Below, one piece after another: positions 59,288 through 64,000 of a stretch of 64,000 nt of DNA. This DNA comes from Acidobacteriota bacterium. Its GTDB lineage: Bacteria; Acidobacteriota; UBA890; WLXD01. The notes below the pieces were generated by a model, which was not told the DNA's origin, searched no databases, and saw nothing but the letters and a program-made list of their open reading frames with translations. The stretch's first letter is position 1. Every line of letters begins with the position of its first letter. Location of the stretch: NCBI GenBank assembly GCA_965248695.1, contig CBDFKD010000002.1, positions 4,896,001-4,960,000 of the forward strand, in the 5' to 3' direction. The position numbers were made by a program, and so were the translations under genes.

Positions 59288-60493
59288 ATGGCCTTTGCGA
59301 CCATAGAAGACGGAATCGCCGACATTCGTGCCGGCCGCATGGTGATCGTGGTCGACGATGAGGACCGCGAAAACGAGGGCGATCTGACCATCGCCGCCGA
59401 GATGGTGACACCGGACGCCATCAATTTCATGGCCAAGCACGGGCGGGGGCTGATCTGTCTGTCGATGACCCGGCAGCGGCTCCAGGAACTGGAGATCCCG
59501 CTCATGGTGTCGGAGAACTCCTCGCGATTTAATACCGCGTTCTGCGTCTCGATCGAGGCGAGCCGCGGAGTGTCGACCGGAATCTCCGCCGCCGATCGGA
59601 GTGCCACGGTGCAGACCGCAATTCACGCCGACACCGCGCCGGGTGACCTGGCGCGTCCGGGTCACATGTTTCCGCTGCGCGCAGTCGACGGGGGCGTGCT
59701 GCAGCGGGCCGGGCAGACCGAGGCAGCGGTCGACCTGGCTCGAATCGCCGGTTTGTACCCGGCGGGCGTCATCTGCGAGGTCATGAACGAGGACGGCACG
59801 ATGGCGCGTGTCCCCGACCTGGAGCGCTTTGCAGAGGCGCACGATATCAAGGTGATCGCGGTGGCGGACCTCATCCATTACCGGCTGCGCACCGAACGCT
59901 TCGTGAAGCGTGTGGCATCACCCGAGCTGCCGACCGGCCACGGCGACTTTCGCATATACGCCTACGAGAACGAGCTCGACGGGAAAGAGCACGTGGCGCT
60001 GGTGATGGGCGACGTGAGCACCCCGGAGCCGGTGCTGGTGCGGGTGCACTCCGAGTGCCTTACCGGGGATGTGTTCGGATCGAATCGTTGTGACTGCGGC
60101 GAGCAGCTGGATTCGGCCCTGTGCCGGATCGCCACCGAGGGGCGTGGGATCCTCATCTATCTGCGCCAGGAAGGTCGCGGCATCGGTCTGCACAACAAGC
60201 TCCGAGCCTACGAGCTGCAGGACGAAGGCGCCGATACGGTCGAGGCCAATGAGGCGCTCGGCTTCAAGGCCGACCAGCGCGAATACGGCATCGGCGCGCA
60301 GATGCTGACCGATCTGGGCGCATCGAGGTTGCGCGTGATGACCAACAACCCGCGCAAGTTCGTGGGGCTGTCGGGCTACGGACTGGAGATCGTCGAGCGG
60401 CTGTCTATCGAGATCCCGCCGCAGTCCGAGTCGACACGTCGGTACCTGAAGACCAAGAAAGAGAAGCTCGGGCACAGACTCGAGTCTGTCTGA
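59288..60493 (+). CDS. ribBA: Bifunctional DHBP synthase / GTP cyclohydrolase II
   Basis: [42 protein letters not shown]. Confidence 0.96.
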   Translation: MAFATIEDGIADIRAGRMVIVVDDEDRENEGDLTIAAEMVTPDAINFMAKHGRGLICLSMTRQRLQELEIPLMVSENSSRFNTAFCVSIEASRGVSTGISAADRSATVQTAIHADTAPGDLARPGHMFPLRAVDGGVLQRAGQTEAAVDLARIAGLYPAGVICEVMNEDGTMARVPDLERFAEAHDIKVIAVADLIHYRLRTERFVKRVASPELPTGHGDFRIYAYENELDGKEHVALVMGDVSTPEPVLVRVHSECLTGDVFGSNRCDCGEQLDSALCRIATEGRGILIYLRQEGRGIGLHNKLRAYELQDEGADTVEANEALGFKADQREYGIGAQMLTDLGASRLRVMTNNPRKFVGLSGYGLEIVERLSIEIPPQSESTRRYLKTKKEKLGHRLESV

Positions 60494-60514
60494 GCTCCGG
60501 AGACCCACGGACGC

Positions 60515-61846
60515 ATGTTCGAGCAGCTCACCGAACGCCTGCAAGGGACGCTGCGCAAGCTTCGCGGCACCGTCAAGGTCGACGAAGCCAGCTTCGTCGA
60601 AGTGGCGCGCGATCTTCGTCTGGCGCTGCTGGAGGCTGATGTTCATTTCGGCGTCGTCAAGGATTTTCTGGAGCGCGTAAGGGCCCAGGCGCTGGGCGAG
60701 AAAGTGACGGCTTCGCTTTCGCCCGGTCAGCAGGTCATCAAGATCGTGCACGCGGAGCTCATCGAGCTGCTCGGAGGCGAGCCGCAACAGCTGCGACTGG
60801 ACGGGTCGACGCCGCATGTGCTCATGGTCGTGGGGCTGCAAGGCACGGGCAAGACCACCACCGTTGCCAAGCTGGGCAACTGGCTACGGTCGAACGGCCG
60901 CTCGCCGCTCTTGGTGAGCACCGACGTCCACCGGCCCGCGGCTCGCGATCAGCTCCGCATTCTTGCCGAGGCCGCGGGCCTGCAGGTTTACGACGGCGAT
61001 GAGTCGACTGCCACGGACCTGGCGACCGCCGCGCTCGCGGCGGCCCGTCGGCGCGGTGACGATGTCCTGCTCGTCGATACGGCGGGGCGACTCCACATCG
61101 ATGCCGACATGATGGCCGAGGCCAGGGATGTAGCGCGAGCCGTGAATCCCGAGCGCGTTCTCTACGTTGCCGATGCCATGGTCGGGCAAGACGCCGTCCA
61201 GGCCGCGACCGCGTTCGGCGAGGCGCTGCCCCTGGACGGTCACGTGTTGACCAAGCTCGACGGGGATGCCCGCGGTGGCGCGTCGTTGTCGGTGGTGGCA
61301 GTCACGGGCTTGCCGATCTTCTTCGCCGGAGTCGGCGAGACGATCGAGGATTTCGAGGTCTTTCGCCCTGATCGGATAGCGTCGCGCATCCTCGGTATGG
61401 GGGATGTGCTTACGCTGATCGAGAAGGTGCAGGAGAATGTCGATGCCGAGGCCGCTGCGAGCATGGAGAAGCGAGCCCGGCGGGGCGAGCTCAACCTCGA
61501 AGACTTCCAGCAACAACTGTCGCAGATTCGTAAGATGGGGCCGTTGTCGCAGATACTCGAGATGATTCCGGGGGCAAGCTCGGCCCCGGGCCTGAAGCAG
61601 ATGGCGCCCGACGAGGGCGAGCTTCGAAAGATCCAGGCGATCATCGATTCGATGACCGTACAGGAGCGGAGACGACCGAAGATCATCAGCCGCAGCCGGA
61701 AGTTGAGGATAGCGTCGGGTAGCGGCAGCGGCATCCAGGATGTCAATCGACTACTGAAACGATTCGCCCAGACCAAGAAGATGATGAAGAAGCTCGGCAA
61801 GAAGGGCCGAGGCGGCATGCCCTGGGCGAACCTGCCGGGCCTGTGA
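60515..61846 (+). CDS. ffh: Signal recognition particle protein
   Basis: ALLEADV, GLQGTGKTT, DTAGRL, TKLDGDARGG, RILGMGD, M domain IIDSMT. Confidence 0.97.
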   Translation: MFEQLTERLQGTLRKLRGTVKVDEASFVEVARDLRLALLEADVHFGVVKDFLERVRAQALGEKVTASLSPGQQVIKIVHAELIELLGGEPQQLRLDGSTPHVLMVVGLQGTGKTTTVAKLGNWLRSNGRSPLLVSTDVHRPAARDQLRILAEAAGLQVYDGDESTATDLATAALAAARRRGDDVLLVDTAGRLHIDADMMAEARDVARAVNPERVLYVADAMVGQDAVQAATAFGEALPLDGHVLTKLDGDARGGASLSVVAVTGLPIFFAGVGETIEDFEVFRPDRIASRILGMGDVLTLIEKVQENVDAEAAASMEKRARRGELNLEDFQQQLSQIRKMGPLSQILEMIPGASSAPGLKQMAPDEGELRKIQAIIDSMTVQERRRPKIISRSRKLRIASGSGSGIQDVNRLLKRFAQTKKMMKKLGKKGRGGMPWANLPGL

Positions 61847-62035
61847 TTTGACAACTACCAAGCCGGGCCTGTGATTTGACAACTACCAAGCCGGGCCTGT
61901 GATTTGACAACTACCAAGCCGGGCCTGTGATTTGACAACTACCAAGCCGGGCCTGTGATTCGACGACTACCAAGCCGGGTCTTTGATTCGACGACTACCA
62001 GGCCGGACCGGTGATCTGAGGATTACCGGGCCGGG
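61834..62035. repeat. Tandem array of seven 28-bp units plus a partial eighth, no spacers
   Basis: Unit GCCGGGCCTGTGATTTGACAACTACCAA. Units 1-4 are identical (61834-61945); units 5, 6 and 7 have 2, 5 and 8 mismatches. Confidence 0.95.
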
Positions 62036-62063
62036 TTGCAAACTGTCATAGGAGGGAAACAGC

Positions 62064-62648
62064 GTGCTGATGATTCGCTTGCGCCGCGCCGGCGCCAAGA
62101 AGGATCCGCACTATCGAGTTGTCGTTGCCGACCGGGCTGCGAGCCGCGACGGTCCGTTTCTGGAGATCCTCGGCCACTATCATCCGCGTCAGCGGCCGGC
62201 GGAGATCCACTTCGATATGGAGCGGATTGAAACATGGCTGGGCCAAGGCGCTCGCATGAGCGACACGGTGCGCAGCCTCTACCGGAGGGTTCTCTCCGGT
62301 CGCGTGGAGGAGGTGCCCGAGGCGCCTGCCGCTGCGCCGGAGCCGGCTCCCGGCGATGCCGAGCTGGAGGCTGCCGCAGAGGTCGAGGCGGAAGCCGAAC
62401 CGGAGGCCGTCGCGAGCACCGAGGCCGAGGAAGCACCGTCCGATAGCGACGCAGCCGCCGACGACACCGACGCAGCCGCCGCCGACACCGACGCCGCTGA
62501 CGACGCTGACGACGACGACACCGCAGGCACAGCCCCCGAGGGCGACGCGCCAGGTGAGGAAGCTTCCGAGGACGACGCCAAAGATGACGACGCCACCGGT
62601 GACGAAGATTCCGACAAGGAATCCGGCAAGGAATCCGACAAAGCCTGA
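62064..62648 (+). CDS. rpsP: 30S ribosomal protein S16 with long acidic C-terminal extension
   Basis: GGAGG SD, IRLRRAG, PHYRVVVAD, RDG, WLGQGA..SDTV. Confidence 0.95.
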   Translation: MLMIRLRRAGAKKDPHYRVVVADRAASRDGPFLEILGHYHPRQRPAEIHFDMERIETWLGQGARMSDTVRSLYRRVLSGRVEEVPEAPAAAPEPAPGDAELEAAAEVEAEAEPEAVASTEAEEAPSDSDAAADDTDAAAADTDAADDADDDDTAGTAPEGDAPGEEASEDDAKDDDATGDEDSDKESGKESDKA

Positions 62649-62728
62649 GCACGAGCGCTGGCGTATGCCAGCCTGATCGCCACCACCACGAACTGACGAC
62701 GAACACCGCTGATTAAGAGGTGCGATCG

Positions 62729-62965
62729 ATGAATCTCAAGCAGATGATCGAAGAGGTAGCCCGGGCCCTGGTCGACAACCCCGACGAAGTGGTCGTCACC
62801 GAAGTGCAGGGCGAGCAGACGACCGTCCTGGAGCTCCGTGTGGCCCAGACTGACCTCGGCAAGGTGATCGGTAAGCAGGGCCGCACCGCGCGCGCCATGC
62901 GCACGCTGCTCGCAGCTGCCGGAATGAAGCACGAGATGCGCGCGGTTCTCGAGATCCTCGAATAG
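62729..62965 (+). CDS. khpA: KH-domain RNA-binding protein
   Basis: [23 protein letters not shown]; position between rpsP and rimM. Confidence 0.9.
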   Translation: MNLKQMIEEVARALVDNPDEVVVTEVQGEQTTVLELRVAQTDLGKVIGKQGRTARAMRTLLAAAGMKHEMRAVLEILE

Positions 62966-62971
62966 AACCCG

Positions 62972-63502
62972 ATGCACGCCGAGCCCGATCTGGTTCGGGT
63001 GGGTCAGGTAGTCAAGCCGCACGGCCTTCGTGGCGAGCTCGTGATCGCCGCGTTCGGTGGCACCCTGGCCTCGCTGCCGAGTTCGGTGCAGCTGTGGATC
63101 GGGAACCGGCCGTACGCGGTCGTTTCGACGCGACCGCACCAGGGCCGATTTCTGATAACCGTCGACGGGTGTGGTGATCGCGACGCCGCTGAACGGCTGC
63201 GCGGGGATCATGTCGAGGTGGAGCGTGGCTACCTGGCCGACCTGCGCGGCAGCGAGTGGTACGTCGATGATCTCGTCGGCTATCAGCTGCAGGACGCCAC
63301 CGACGGTGGCGAGGGACGCATCACGGCAGTCGTCGAGGGTGGCCCGCACGACCTGCTCGAGGTCGCCTGGGGTGACGGTGACACGGTCCTCATCCCGATG
63401 GTGCGGGAGTGGTTCGTCAGCGCCGATCCGGCTGCCCGGCTGATTGTCGTGCGCCTGCCGGACGGATTGCTCGAGGCGAACGTGCCACGGCGGCATTGTT
63501 GA
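62972..63502 (+). CDS. rimM: 16S rRNA processing / ribosome maturation factor
   Basis: [32 protein letters not shown]. Confidence 0.92.
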   Translation: MHAEPDLVRVGQVVKPHGLRGELVIAAFGGTLASLPSSVQLWIGNRPYAVVSTRPHQGRFLITVDGCGDRDAAERLRGDHVEVERGYLADLRGSEWYVDDLVGYQLQDATDGGEGRITAVVEGGPHDLLEVAWGDGDTVLIPMVREWFVSADPAARLIVVRLPDGLLEANVPRRHC

Positions 63503-63503
63503 G

Positions 63504-64000
63504 ATGGGGCTACGGTTCGACATCATCACGATCTTCCCGGAGATGTTTCCGGGTCCGCTCGCCGGAGGGGTGCTAGGCCGGGCGCTGGCGAGAGACTTGT
63601 TCTCCATCCAGATGCACGATCTACGCGCCTTCGCCGACTTGCCCCACCGCCAGGTCGACGACGAGCCGTTTGGCGGCGGCGCCGGCATGGTCTACAAGCC
63701 CGAGCCTCTGTATCGCGCCATCGACCAGGTTGCTTCCGAGCTGCGAGCGAGCCAGGTCGGAGCAGGCCCGGTCGTGCTGCTCACGCCGCAGGGTCGCCGT
63801 CTCGATCACCGGCTGGTGCAGGAACTGGCGGGCGCCGAACAGCTGACGCTGGTGTGCGGTCGCTATGAGGGCGTCGACGAGCGTGTGCGCCAGCATCGCA
63901 TCGATATGGAGCTGTCGATCGGTGACTACGTGCTCACCGGCGGCGAGCTGCCGGCGATGGTACTCATCGAGTCGGTCGTGCGCTGGCTGCCGGAAGCTCT
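63504..64000 (+). CDS. trmD: tRNA (guanine37-N1)-methyltransferase, runs off the window
   Basis: Read by hand from ATG 63504: [52 protein letters not shown]. Confidence 0.95.
   Translation, partial: MGLRFDIITIFPEMFPGPLAGGVLGRALARDLFSIQMHDLRAFADLPHRQVDDEPFGGGAGMVYKPEPLYRAIDQVASELRASQVGAGPVVLLTPQGRRLDHRLVQELAGAEQLTLVCGRYEGVDERVRQHRIDMELSIGDYVLTGGELPAMVLIESVVRWLPEA

Noticed and set aside
61834-62035. CRISPR array
   Set aside because: Units are directly head-to-tail with no unique spacers, and no cas genes are in the window.

Overview
A high-GC bacterial chromosomal segment made up almost entirely of housekeeping genes. Lipid A genes, a short EF-Ts and the rplM-rpsI-rpsB-tsf-pyrH-frr order suggest Acidobacteriota, which is an inference. 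From left to right: (1) a minus-strand surface-polysaccharide cluster (priming sugar transferase, four GT4, one GT2) divergent from lpxB-msbA-DUF374; (2) a four-gene catabolic-looking insert (atypical ureohydrolase, SDR, M20 amidohydrolase, cytochrome c/PQQ dehydrogenase); (3) yicC-gmk-rpoZ-coaBC-UDG-priA-S9 peptidase-guaA-dnaE-orphan-accA-recJ; (4) tatC-tatA/B-thrC on the minus strand; (5) a 28 kb plus-strand run from rimP-nusA-infB through pnp, ribosomal proteins, tsf-pyrH-frr, murU/amgK-like, asnS, lipid genes, ftsY, rib genes, ffh and rpsP-khpA-rimM-trmD. I see no tRNA, rRNA, CRISPR array, transposase or integrase. The least explained signals are a polar 28-bp tandem array that copies the ffh stop codon and carries TTGACA, a ureohydrolase with intact metal ligands but rewritten substrate residues inside the catabolic insert, a structured G-free/anti-SD-rich intergenic element before yicC, an orphan gene coupled between dnaE and accA, and a 14-codon uORF coupled to lpxB. 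All calls come from motif recognition only; no database search was run.
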